Source of the DNA: Vicugna vicugna
Lineage: Eukaryota
Direction: 5' to 3'
Assembly: GCA_013265495.1 (NCBI GenBank)
Contig: MU057809.1
Location: 620,001 to 684,000 of the forward strand
DNA: 64,000 nt
Shown here: positions 1-11,019 of the stretch, piece after piece
Position numbering within the stretch: position 1 is the stretch's first letter
Layout of the letters: the number at the start of each line of letters is the position of its first letter
Notes under the pieces: generated by a model
Told to the model about the DNA's origin: nothing
Database searches by the model: none
Seen by the model: only the letters and a program-made list of their open reading frames with translations
Made by a program: the position numbers and the translations under genes

Positions 1-1060
1 GCCCAACACCACGCGGCGCCCATCACACTTGAGGTCCAGGGTGCAGCCTGCTAGCCCGGCACAGGTGGGCCTGGGGGCGGAGCCTCGGGGCGGGGGCNNN
101 NNNNNNNNNNNNNNNNNNNNNNNNNNNNNNNNNNNNNNNNNNNNNNNNNNNNNNNNNNNNNNNNNNNNNNNNNNNNNNNNNNNNNNNNNNNNNNNNNNNN
201 NNNNNNNNNNNNNNNNNNNNNNNNNNNNNNNNNNNNNNNNNNNNNNNNNNNNNNNNNNNNNNNNNNNNNNNNNNNNNNNNNNNNNNNNNNNNNNNNNNNN
301 NNNNNNNNNNNNNNNNNNNNNNNNNNNNNNNNNNNNNNNNNNNNNNNNNNNNNNNNNNNNNNNNNNNNNNNNNNNNNNNNNNNNNNNNNNNNNNNNNNNN
401 NNNNNNNNNNNNNNNNNNNNGGGCCGGGGGGCCGGGGGCCCGGGCAGGGGCCGCCCGCCGCTGAGTCACGCCTCGGACCCGCGGCGAAGTTGGGCCGGCC
501 CGCGGGACTCCGGCCCGGCCCGCGCACCTGCCGTCAGGTGTCCCTCCCCGAGCGCGCCGCGCGGGCTGAGGGCCATCTTTCTGGAGCGGGGGAGCGCAGC
601 CGCGACCCCCGCCCGGCGTCGGGAGGGCCGAGGGTCGGGTCGGGTGGGGAGCGCGGGCGTTCGGGCGGGCCCGGCGCCCCTGCCCGGCCCGCCCCACCTG
701 TCCTGCCTTTAGGCTCCGGAGATGCGCTCCGGGGGGAAGCCGGGGCGAAGCGGAGGGCCACGTGCAGGGGAGCGCGTGGTGGCGCAGGCCCACTCGGCCT
801 CGCTCACCTGGGCGCTGCCCGGCTGGGCCGCGCGGTCCCACCCCGGCAGCCCTCAGGCCGGGCCCCGCGCCGCCCGCGCCCGGGTCCCAGGCGCTCCGAG
901 GGTGCGGGGGGCGAGGAGGAGGGGCCGCGCCGGCCCGCTCACTTTCTGAGCAGCTGACTTGCCAGGGTTCCCCGGAGGGAGGCCTCGGTGTGGAAGCTTG
1001 GGGTGGGGAGGGGACGGCGACCGCGTCACTTCCCGAACCCAGGGCCCGCGTCTCATCTTT
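1..1060 (+). promoter_or_regulatory. MAFK: MAFK promoter CpG island; TSS and non-coding exon 1 probably within or next to the N-gap 98-420
   Basis: Dense CpGs; GC boxes GGGGCGGAGC (74-83) and GGGGCGGGGG (87-96) directly before the gap; lies ~8 kb upstream of the MAFK ATG exon. Exon 1 boundaries cannot be resolved. Confidence 0.75.
98..420. other. Assembly gap (N run) in the MAFK CpG island
   Basis: 323 N. Other gaps: 7205-7214, 38882-39213, 40013-40236, 48069-48094, 55615-55644, all at GC-rich or low-complexity sequence, typical of a short-read draft. Confidence 0.99.
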
Positions 1061-4000
1061 CTGGTGTGTGAGTGTGGGGGTCTCCGTCCTTTCCAGCCCC
1101 ACTTGCGGGTTCTGCTGGGCTTCTGCCGAGTTGAGGAAACAGACGGTTTGTCAGTCTGCCTGCTTCCACACACCTTCTCGGGAACCCGGGAGGGCATGGG
1201 ACGTGTTGGGCTCTGGCCAGGGTCTGCCTTAGAAAAGCAGATCGCCTTGCCCTCCGCCTCCGTGTCCGTGTCCGTCTCCGTAGTAGTGTTCTCACTCAGC
1301 ACGTGTGGTGGAGGCCTTCGCAGAGCAGCACTTGCCCCGTTCTGCCTGCGGGCCTGGAGCAGCTCGGTGTTGGGTAGCTGGAAGTTCCCTGCTCTGTCTG
1401 GTGTTAATGATTACGCTCTGTTTACCTCCCACACAGCCCTTGTAGCCAAGGCAGAAACAGGATCTTCCATCACCAATTCATTCAGCACTTGATCAGCACT
1501 CAGCCCCTCTTGCCACGCCCCTGGCCGGGGGGGGGGGAGCTCAGCCCTTGGGTGCCCACAGCAGCATGTCGTGGCCTATCAGTGGGCGCCCTCAGCCTGG
1601 CTCGGCGGCCTGTCTGCCCCCCCCACCACCTTGGTCGGCAACGATGAGATCTGGCTGTCATAGCAGTTGCTGCACAGGTATCTTGGTGAAGGACAGCTGT
1701 GTTCTGGCTCTGGAGCCCAGTCTCCAAGTCTCGTGTTTTCGGGGGGATGGCGCTTTTTAAAAAGCATTGGTCTAAGCAGGTGGGAGGGTCTGGGCCGCAG
1801 AAAGTGGGCTGTGCAGTGGGTGGGGCGCACCTGCCACCTGTTGCACTGTGGATAGTTGACACCGTTCTGAGAACTTCCCTCCCTGGGGGCAGCAGGGATG
1901 TTTTAGTTAAGCTCTGTAGAGGGTGTCTGCTTTTATAACTTAAAGCTGGACCTCTGGTTACTCCAAAATAAATCATTTATTAACTCAGAAACACAAAGCG
2001 AGGCTCTTCCCTGGAGTGCTGGGGCAGAGCTGGACTTGAAGGGACAGGTTCCAAGTCCAGCGTCACTCCCTTTCAAGGTGGTTGCTAAAAATGGGAGCTG
2101 AATCGAGGCTACTTGGGGAAGTCAGCTCCGGGCTCGCGGCGTTCCAGCCCTTTCTCCAGCGCCCAGGCAGAGGCTGCCCCGAGTGCAGTCCTTTTCCGGC
2201 CCTTCTTTGTCCGCGCGCGACGTGCTTTCACTGTCGGGCTCTGCCGCAGCCGGAGAGTTTGTTTACAGCCCGGGCAGCCTGGAGTTCCTGCCCGTGTCCG
2301 GGCTGTTCCCGAGTCTAAAGGTTTCTGGAGTGGACTTTCTGGATTTAGGGTCCAGTCCACACGGGAAATAGAGCCCCGGCCAGCGGGGAGCGTCCTCTGG
2401 TAGCTGCGCCTCGGAGCAGTAAACAGTGACTCACCCTCCCCTCTGCTCCCCGCCCCCCTGTGCTCTGCTAATGGGAGCTGCATTGCTCCGGTGTTTACTT
2501 TTGCTTTTTATAAGTCGCGGACTCGTCATGTTTCCTCTTTCTTACCGTTTCAGGAAATTGAAAGTGTCATCTTAAAATCCTAGGATTTTAGAGCAGGTAG
2601 AAATGAACCTCACAGTCTGGGCTCACGTGCACACACACCCCATTTTACAGGAGGAAACTGAGCCCTGAGCTCCTCACCTGCCTGTGGGGTGGGGTCCCAG
2701 ATCCGGCGCTGGCCCAGCGCCCCACCGGCTTTTCTGTGCTGTCTTGGGGCCTTAGGCTGGGGGGCCGAGAGGAGTTGGGAGACCCCTGCAGGCACAGTGC
2801 TAATACATCTGCGTATGCAGTCAGGAGTTGGGGGGAGCAGGTGTAGGTAAGAAAGGCCCCTGCTCCCCATCGAGTGAGGGAGACAGGAAGGCCAGGGCCA
2901 GGTCTTGGGCTCTGCCCTTGTGTGCTCAGGAGGGCGCCCCCGGCCCGCCACAGGGCGGGCATATGGGGGGCTTTCCGGTGAAGCAGGGGTTGGGGGAGAG
3001 GAGAGCAGGGGATAGCTGGAGAAGAGTGAGGGTGCCTGACCCAGGTGGGGGGACTTGCAGAAGCTAGGAGTAGAGGCCTGGCCTGGCAACAGGTGGCCAG
3101 GAGAGTGGGGGGCTCCCTCTGCTTGCTTGGCGGAGGGGGCTGCATTTGAGGAACAGAGATGCGGGGGTCCTGGCCGAGGTGGTGCTGTAGGTCTGGGGCA
3201 CCTGCAGGGGACTCAGGCTGAGGTGGCTCATGGGCGCGGAGGGAGAGGCCAGGCGGGAGGGCCGTCAGCCAAGCTAGGGGCACGGGAGGCGGGCAGGTGT
3301 GGGGAGGGCGCATCTCTGGGGCCCCTGCAGACTCAGGTTTTCCTGACTGGACAGGGAGGTGGGGCTGGTTGGAGCCCCGGAGTGCACAGAACCCTGAGGA
3401 GGACCCCCAGGGGCGGAGCGAGAGGAGCAGAGGGCCAGCCCGAAGCTGGGTGGTAGGACCCAAGGGTGGTCAGGGTGTGGCGGGGGTGGGGTGGCGTTCA
3501 GCCTGCTGTCAGCTTGGCAGCTGCCTGAGTCACCTCTGGACGTAGCCAGGATGACACAGCTTCCTCAGACTGCAAGTGCAAGGTGACCAGACGTCCTCCC
3601 AGCCGGGCAGACAGTCATGTCTTGCCGAAGGGCGGCCAGCCAGGGCCGGCCTGCAGGCTGGGTGAGGGCTGAGCTGGCGGGGTGTCCCCCAGTATAGGGG
3701 AGCTGGGGTGGGCTGTCAGCGCCTGGTCGGGAGGTGGGCAGAGCAGTGGGAGCACTCCTGGTTCTGGGACCTGTCTTCAGCTTGTCGACGTGTGCTTGTT
3801 TGTCAGACAGGCGCCTGCTGTGCGGCCAGCCAGAGGGGCGCTTGCCTTTGGGTCCCTGGCCCCTGGGTCCCTGGCGAGAGGCCCTAGAGCAGAGGCAGCT
3901 GCATCGTGGTGGCTCTGGCTTTGGGGTTTGCTGCTCTGCTGCAACAGTGGGAACCTGTACCTCCAGGCTGGACCCCTGCCCTTCGTCCTCCCCCAACCCC

Positions 4001-7000
4001 CAGATCTGATGTTCTCGAGGCCTGGGAATGGGAGGGACGCTCTGTCCACCTTCACTGGGCTGAGAGGGGCCGGCGGGGAGCAGCAGCTGCCCCACCCTAC
4101 ACCTGTTCCGCCAGGCGTCGGAGGCAGCATCTCCCGCTCAGGCTCAGGGCTAGGCTAGCAGGCAAGAGCCTGAAGCTTGAAAGCCTCCTTTGCTCCTGGG
4201 TAACTTAAACCTGGCACTGTTTGGGTTGGATCATTACTCCGTCAGCCACCTGGTTCCTTGATGGAGAAAACGTCCCACGGGCCCTGAACCCTGGCCCAGC
4301 CCAGCGAGGGCCAGAGCATGCCGGGCCGGCCAGGGCAGTGAGCTGGCCCCGAGCTGGGTCACAGCGGCCGCTGAGCACCAGGTGCTTGTGAGGGTGGGAA
4401 GGTGAAAAGTGAGCGGAGGGGTCCGCGGTCCCGGCTCCCCTGCCTGCTGGAGGGCACCTGCCCTGGCCCTTACGGGTGCGGCAGCGGATGGGGGATGCCC
4501 TGGCTCCCAAACTCACACCAAACTCTGCGGTTGCGGGAGCTGCCTCTGTCTGGGCTGCCACGGTGTCCTTTTCTTAGAGAGGAAGTGATCTTCCGTGTTC
4601 ACCTTGCTCAGCTGTACGTCAGAATGAAGTTCCTGGTTTGGGGTTGGAAACCAACGTCTCCAGTTGGGAAGACAGTCGTTCCAGATTGGAGGTGCTGGTG
4701 TCCAGCTCTCCGAGCAGCGGCTCCTTCCGGGCAGGGAGCGGGGCGAGCGAGAGGGCAGCCCTGCCGCCCGGGCTCGCAGGCCACTGGGCCCCTTGGGTCA
4801 CTTCACCCAGACAAACCTGTGGGCGCAGGCCCCCTGCACGTGGTGCTTCCAGGCTCTGATGGTCGACGGCCGGGACAGGATGCCCAGGTGTCCTCGCGTG
4901 AGGCTGCTGGGAAGGGGTGTGGGGCTACCGGTCACTGGTGCAGCAGAGCCGGATCGAGGAGGGTGCACCCAGGTGGGAGGGGAAGCTGGCTGCCCGGGGT
5001 GCCCCAGCCTGGCCTGACCCTGACGGTGCCAGGCTGGCCTCTGACCCCAGCTGGGTTTCGGCCGAGCCTTAGAGAGCTGTCCTCCCAACGTGAGCGCTGC
5101 TGGCCTGGGATTGCCTCACGCCCTGTGGTTTACAGACTCTTCGGGGCAGTCGTTTCAAAATCGGTTGTTCCGCAGACTCTCCTTCATACCTAGAAACTCT
5201 TCACTGAACATCTTTCCGAAATCAAATCGTCGTTTTTCTGAAGTTTGGGGTGACTTGAGGTCAAGCCTACATGCGTTCCGGGTATTTCAGGTGGAAGTAA
5301 GTAGCGGGGCCGCCCCTTCTGCGTCCTGAGCTCACAGCAGCCGGGCTCTCTGCCCCGGCCCGCGGGCGACTTTCCAGTAGAGCAGGCCCCTGAGCGGGGC
5401 GGCTGCTGAGGTCTGATCGCCTGCGGCAGGGCGTCTGTAGATGAGCAGGGCCTGGGGACAGTGTCTGCTTCTGCCTGGGACCTCCCCACCTTCCCTCGGG
5501 CTCTCTGGTTCAGTGGAAGGAGTGCCAGGGTCCCAAGCCCTGGAGGTTGAGAGTGGAGCCCCCACCCGGGCCGGAGTCTCGCCTGGGGCCACCTTCTCTG
5601 CCCAGCCGAGGCCCTCTGGGGGCTGACAGCAGTGGCGCCCTTGTTCCCATTCCCTGTTTCTCAGGAGAGAAGAGAAGCCCCACGCAGAGGGGGTCTGCCT
5701 GGTCATTCCCAGCCTGATCTCGAGACGCTGCTGCCGCTCAGCCCGGCTCTGCGGTTACGGCACTCTCGCCTTCAGTGCTGGAACCGTCCACTGAGACAGA
5801 AGGTCTGAGATCTCAGGGGACGCTCCCTGAGGTCAGGCCCAGATGGACCTGGTTGGGCTGCTCTTTCCCGTCTCCCCCAGACTCCTGGCCCGTGGTCCTG
5901 GGCCCCAGGAGCCCAGGTGGGGGACATGGCCAGAGGGTCTGCCCAGGCGACTTTGACCTGGTGGGTGAGGACCCCTGATCCTCCTGGGGCCTGCGCTGAG
6001 GGCAGGGGCCCGGGCCTGTGGAGGGCTGAGGCCCAGTCCTGTGTGCAGCCTGGCGCCTGGGCGCCCCACCACGCCACGCCAGGGCGGGCTCGTCCCCAGG
6101 GGAGGCGTCCCTGCCCTTAATGTGCCCCGGGCCCTGGCAGGCCAGTGCATCCATCAGTGAGGGTCTGCTGGAGTCAGTGGAGGCCCCTCCTTTGCCCTCT
6201 GGTTCCCATCGGGTGGGGGCTGGTCCACTGGGTGGGCGGGGCCTTGGTCTGTGGGAATGTGAGCCCAGCTCTGTAAACAGCTGGTGACTCACCGCGCAGC
6301 TATGCCCTGGCTGCTGGGAGTGATAGCAGCCCCTCCTCGCTCGACGTGGAGAAGTTTCTCATGGCCCTCCCTCCCGGTGGCTTCTCCAGCCCAGCTTTGA
6401 CCTCCACGTCGGGGTTGGGCCAGGCCTGGAGGGCACTCGTTTGGGCTCCCCCGATGCTAGGGGTCAAGCCATGGTGAGGAAGCATCTCTTACCTCCCTGC
6501 AGGGTGGCCCCTGGCTGCTGCGCGCTTGTTCCAGGCATATGTGTGACCACGCAAGGGGTGGGGGGGCCTGGGTCTCCTGGAGGCTGTCCAGCCCCACTGC
6601 CGCCCTGTGCTCCCACACCAGCGCCCGGGAGGGAGAGCGGCTGTGTTGCCAAGAGGGCTGGGGGTCCACAGGCCTGGGTACTGGTACCCTCGGAATCTGC
6701 AGCCTTCGGTGGAGAAGGGTGGGTGGGCTGTGGGTGAGGGTCCTGGGGCTGCAGGTGAAGACTGCTCCCACCCAGGTCTCCAACACCCCTGAGTTGGAGG
6801 CTTTGCCAGGGCTCCGTCTCTGGCCTGAGACCCTTCCTTGGATGTTTCTCTGCTCAGTTCACCCCGTCTGGCATTTGGAACGTGGTGAGCAGGCCTCGCT
6901 CTGTACGCCAGCCACACAATGCACCCGGGAGTCTGAGGCCCGTTCTCCTCTGTCCCTTCCCTGGCTGCGGGCACAGGGGCCTGCTCACTGCCCCACAGCC

Positions 7001-8077
7001 TGCTGTCTGCCCAGCCTGCCCGAAGCCATTGTTGCTGTGGGCTTCTCTGTTTCCATGACGACCATCAGGGGTTGGCTACTTCCCAAGGTCGCCATGGCAA
7101 CTATCAGAGGGGAATCATGCTTGGGATGCTTTGGCTGGCTTTTTCGTGAATGATTAGAATGTGTGACACAATGCAGACGCGAAAATGAGAAGGGCGGGCG
7201 GCGGNNNNNNNNNNGGGCGGCGGGGGCTGGCGGGTGGCGGGGACAGCTCCCGCCAGACGGTCGGTGAGCTCCAGAGGCTGCGGCTCCCACCTCCCGTGTC
7301 CTGGGCGGGCTGGCTGGCTGGCGCAGGGATCCCCCGCCCACCCTCTGGGCCTCAGGTCATGGCTGTGGGGCAGCCGAGGTGGAGGCAGTGATGTCACAGC
7401 TGCAGTGCCCTTGGCCGAGGTAGGTCTGCTGGGGAGGGTGGGGCCTGGCTCCCCCGCCTGTCATCGAGGTGAGCTCAGCAAGGCAGGGGCTCCCCAACGG
7501 GCACTTTCCTGTCTGGGAGCCAGGTGGGCCCAGAGTGATGGGGTCTGGCCAGGGCAGGTGCTGTCCCTGGGGCCAGTGGCACCGGGGGCTAGGTGTGGCC
7601 ACTCTCGGGAGGGGGCTGTGCCCTGGAACGTGGCATCCTGTCCCTCACAGGTGCACACGTCTGAGCTCAGGGTGAGAGTCAGAACAGGAAGCAACAGCTG
7701 CTCATGCCCAGTGGCAGCCCAGGGCGCTGGTCCTTGGGGCCTGGCCTGGCGGGCGGAGGACAGCTGTGTGGCTGCTGGGCACCAGACCAGGGTGACCAGG
7801 CCGCTCCGCCGGCCGATACTGGAGTCCAGGGTGTGGCCGGGCATCCCCTGGGCCCCCTTGGCAGAGATTCAGGCCCATCCAGGTGCCCTAGCTTTCGGGG
7901 TGCTGGCTACACAACGTGGCATGGGGAGGTGAGCCTCCTCGGAGCAGCTCTGCGGGGGAACGTCCCTGCCTTGGGTCACTTGTGACAGCAGCTTGCCCTG
8001 TACCCAGCCAGGACCTAACCAGGCTCGTTTTTGTGCTTTGTAATTTCTAGTCACCATTTCCAAGCCGTTCTGTCCAG

Positions 8078-8130
8078 GTGACTGTGCCCAGGTTATGACG
8101 ACTAATCCCAAAGCGAACAAGGCGTTGAAG
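8078..8130 (+). CDS. MAFK: MAFK exon 2 (5'UTR 8078-8094, coding 8095-8130)
   Basis: Acceptor ttctgtccag|GTG at 8077/8078; ATG at 8095; phase-0 donor gtaagc. Confidence 0.93.
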
Positions 8131-9325
8131 GTAAGCGGGGTGGGGCGGGCAGACCACCCGGGAGGGACCCCTTCCGGCCCAGGCGCCCTTGCCCCAGAGC
8201 CGCCCTCAGAGTGTGAGGAAGGAAGCTTGTCACCAGGAGTGGGGAGGGGGCTGCTGGCTAGAGGAGGTGTCTCTAGGAGAAGTGGTGACAGAGCCAGGGG
8301 CTGTGGCCTCTGGAGACGCTCTGACGTCCAGAGGGTGGGGTGGGGGGACGCGTGCCGGCCAGGCTGTGCTCCCAGGTGTGGGCAGTGTGGCCTCTGGTCC
8401 CGCAGAGCCCTGGTGGGATGCACGTGGGCAGGGCGCTCCAGTTCCCGGGGCCTGGCTCTGTCAGTCCGCAGCACAGGCTGCCTCCCTGGGCCCTTAGCTC
8501 CTGGGGCTGGCATGTGTCCTTGGACTGGCCATGTCACAGAGCAGAGCTGGGGCTGGCTGCAGTTGGGGCTCTCTCAGTGCATTTGTGGGCTCTGCACCTC
8601 TAAGCGCCTTCCAAGGCCCCTGGCTGGACCCTGACAGGTCTGAGGGGCATGGGGGCATGGGCTGCCATCAGCCCCATGTCACGCACCGGGCTCTGGAGAG
8701 TTGCAGAGGGCAGCTTGGGCAACCAGGTCATGGCCAGGTGTAGCCAGTGGCCCCTTGGGGAACGCCGTGCTGCACCATGCGTGGTGGCGGTGGATCCCAC
8801 AGCGACCGCCCGTCCCCTGGTGGCGGAGGGCAGGCCAGCCTGGACTGCAGGGGGCAGCCAGGCTCCTGACCCAGCGCTGTGGCCCCGCAGGTCAAGAAGG
8901 AGGCGGGCGAGAACGCCCCGGTGCTCAGCGACGATGAGCTGGTGTCCATGTCGGTGCGGGAGCTGAACCAGCACCTGCGGGGCCTCACCAAGGAAGAGGT
9001 GGTGCGCCTGAAGCAGCGCCGGCGCACACTCAAGAACCGCGGCTACGCCGCCAGCTGCCGCATCAAGCGCGTGACACAGAAGGAGGAGCTGGAGCGGCAG
9101 CGCGTGGAGCTGCAGCAGGAGGTGGAGAAGCTGGCACGTGAGAACAGCAGCATGAGGCTGGAGCTGGACGCCCTGCGCTCCAAGTACGAGGCCCTGCAGA
9201 CCTTCGCCCGCACAGTGGCCCGTGGCCCCGTCACACCCACCAAGGTGGCTACCACCAGCGTCATCACCATCGTCAAGTCCGCTGAGCTCTCCTCCACCTC
9301 CGCGCCCTTCTCTGCCGCCTCCTAG
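8095..9325 (+). CDS. MAFK: Small Maf bZIP transcription factor MafK; CDS join(8095..8130,8891..9325), 156 aa
   Basis: 36+435=471 nt. Translation [12 protein letters not shown]|[32 protein letters not shown]...[13 protein letters not shown]...leucine zipper...[11 protein letters not shown] matches MafK (extended homology region, basic region, zipper). Donor AAG|gtaagc at 8130/8131, acceptor ccgcag|GTC at 8890/8891. Confidence 0.98.
8891..9325 (+). CDS. MAFK: MAFK exon 3 coding part (bZIP domain to TAG)
   Basis: ORF track 8879..9325 minus its intronic first 4 codons; stop TAG at 9323-9325. Confidence 0.98.
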   Translation, partial: VKKEAGENAPVLSDDELVSMSVRELNQHLRGLTKEEVVRLKQRRRTLKNRGYAASCRIKRVTQKEELERQRVELQQEVEKLARENSSMRLELDALRSKYEALQTFARTVARGPVTPTKVATTSVITIVKSAELSSTSAPFSAAS

Positions 9326-11019
9326 TGTCCGGGCGGGGGGCTGTGGGGAGCACAGCCGTGACGCCCACGTCGGGACGAGGACCTTGTAGGGCGCCGGCTG
9401 TGGCCGGATGGAGGGTGGGTTCCCGAGAACCCGTGTGCTGTGCGCCTTCCGCCCACACCTGCGCACCCCCCGCCTTCCTCTGGGCCCTCAGCTCTCTCCC
9501 GACTGTCCTCAGGGCTCTGTCTTGTGCTGGGGGTGTCGGGATGTGTGGAGGGAGGGTCCTCCAAAGGTTCCTAGCCCAGACGGCAGGGTCTCTGTCCTCC
9601 GCTCCTCCCAAGAGCAGCCTGTCAACACATCGGTGCGTCAGTCCACCCTGCACGGCCCCCTAGGCAGGGCAGGACCCCCTCACTGTCCTGACCGCACTCC
9701 GGTGTCCCGGAAGGAACCGTGCTGCCCAGATGCACCGTGACCCTGCTGCAGCCTCAGCCAGGGACCCATGCTTAGTGAGCGGGTGGAGGAGGGGCTGTGC
9801 ACGGGCGAGCACGTGCGTGCCTGTACACTCGTGTTCATGTGAGCGTGCGTGTGCGTGCGCCCGCTGCCCGCCAGCACACCAGCAGTAACGGGGGTCTCGG
9901 GGAGCAGCTGGTTACAGGCGGTCGGTTGGGCCGTAGGTACGTGTGCAGTCAGAGTTGCACGAGCCTTGGGTTTCCCTCCATCAGGAGACCTGGGGAGGCT
10001 GAGCCCCGGGAGGGAGAGGCGGGAGGGGGGCATGTTCTGTGTGGGTGCGAAGTCGGCGGCGGCCTCAGGCTGGGAGCCGGGCAGTGCCCGCTGCCCGTGG
10101 TTCCCGCTGCTGGAGGAGACGGGAGAGCTGGGGAGGCGTGGAGTCAGGACAAGGAAGGTTGATGGTGATGCAGGCAGTGGGCAGTGGGCTGGGAAGGCGG
10201 CAGGGACCAGCCTCCGGGAGCACTTGGATGGTCTGTGGGCAGAGGACGCGGGCACTCTGCAACCCTGGTGCTTAATCATCGCCTGGAGCCTTCACCTGCT
10301 CTTTCTGGCGCTCAGAGCCACTGAGGACCTCGGAGGCCCTGCGGGGGGGCCCCCTTCCGAGAGCTGCCCTGGGGCCTCCGTGTGGCCAGGCATAGGCCCC
10401 CTTCCCGCCCCTCCTGGGAAGGTGCTTGGTGCCAGCGGGGGTCCTGGCTCCCGGGTGGGCTGTGAGCCCCGATCTCCACCACAGGCTCACAGCCTTGGGC
10501 TCCAGCTCCCGGTTTCCTCTTGACATGCCCCCCACCGTCCAGGAAGACCCCCAGCCGGCTGCAGAGTCCCTGGGCAGGGTGTCATCCGCCCGGTGTGCCG
10601 GAGGAGTGGGGAAGACACAGGGCCCCAAGGGCCGCAGAAAGCGTCTGCGGCCTTGCTGGCCACCCTCTGTGCCCTGAGGGCAGGCACGGGGTCTGGGCGC
10701 CAGTCCTTCCGAGCCAAGGGTGAAAGTGTAAAAAAGCTGTTGATGCCAGAGCCATGGTAGGTAATCCACATTGGATATCAGTAAGGACCATGGGAATATT
10801 TAAAAGAGAGAAAAGTATATATATATATAAAATTATATACACATTTTGTCGTACAGATTTCGTACCTTCTCTTGCTGTTTGATACTGTCGGTCTCAAGCA
10901 GAGCAGAGCTGCCGTGGGGTGTGGCCGGGGCAGGGCCGTCGCCCTGCGCCGGCTTCTCGCCCAAGTTGGCCGCTCCCGCCCACCGCTTCCCTCGGGCCTC
11001 CCCCCCCCTCCCCCGCCCA

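Noticed and set aside
23-1102. ORFs spanning N-gaps (also 38800-39309, 39822-40320, 47396-48517)
   Set aside because: They are open only because N codons contain no stops.
8879-8890. ORF-track start 'MAPQ' for MAFK
   Set aside because: A GTG in the intron; the real N-terminus comes from exon 2 (8095-8130) spliced to 8891.
10752-10793. Stem-loop in the MAFK 3'UTR (CCATGGT/ACCATGG outer stem, ATCCA-CAT-TGGAT inner hairpin)
   Set aside because: Short stems separated by a large asymmetric loop, with no match to IRE, SECIS or constitutive-decay-element consensus; not supportable without folding and covariation analysis.
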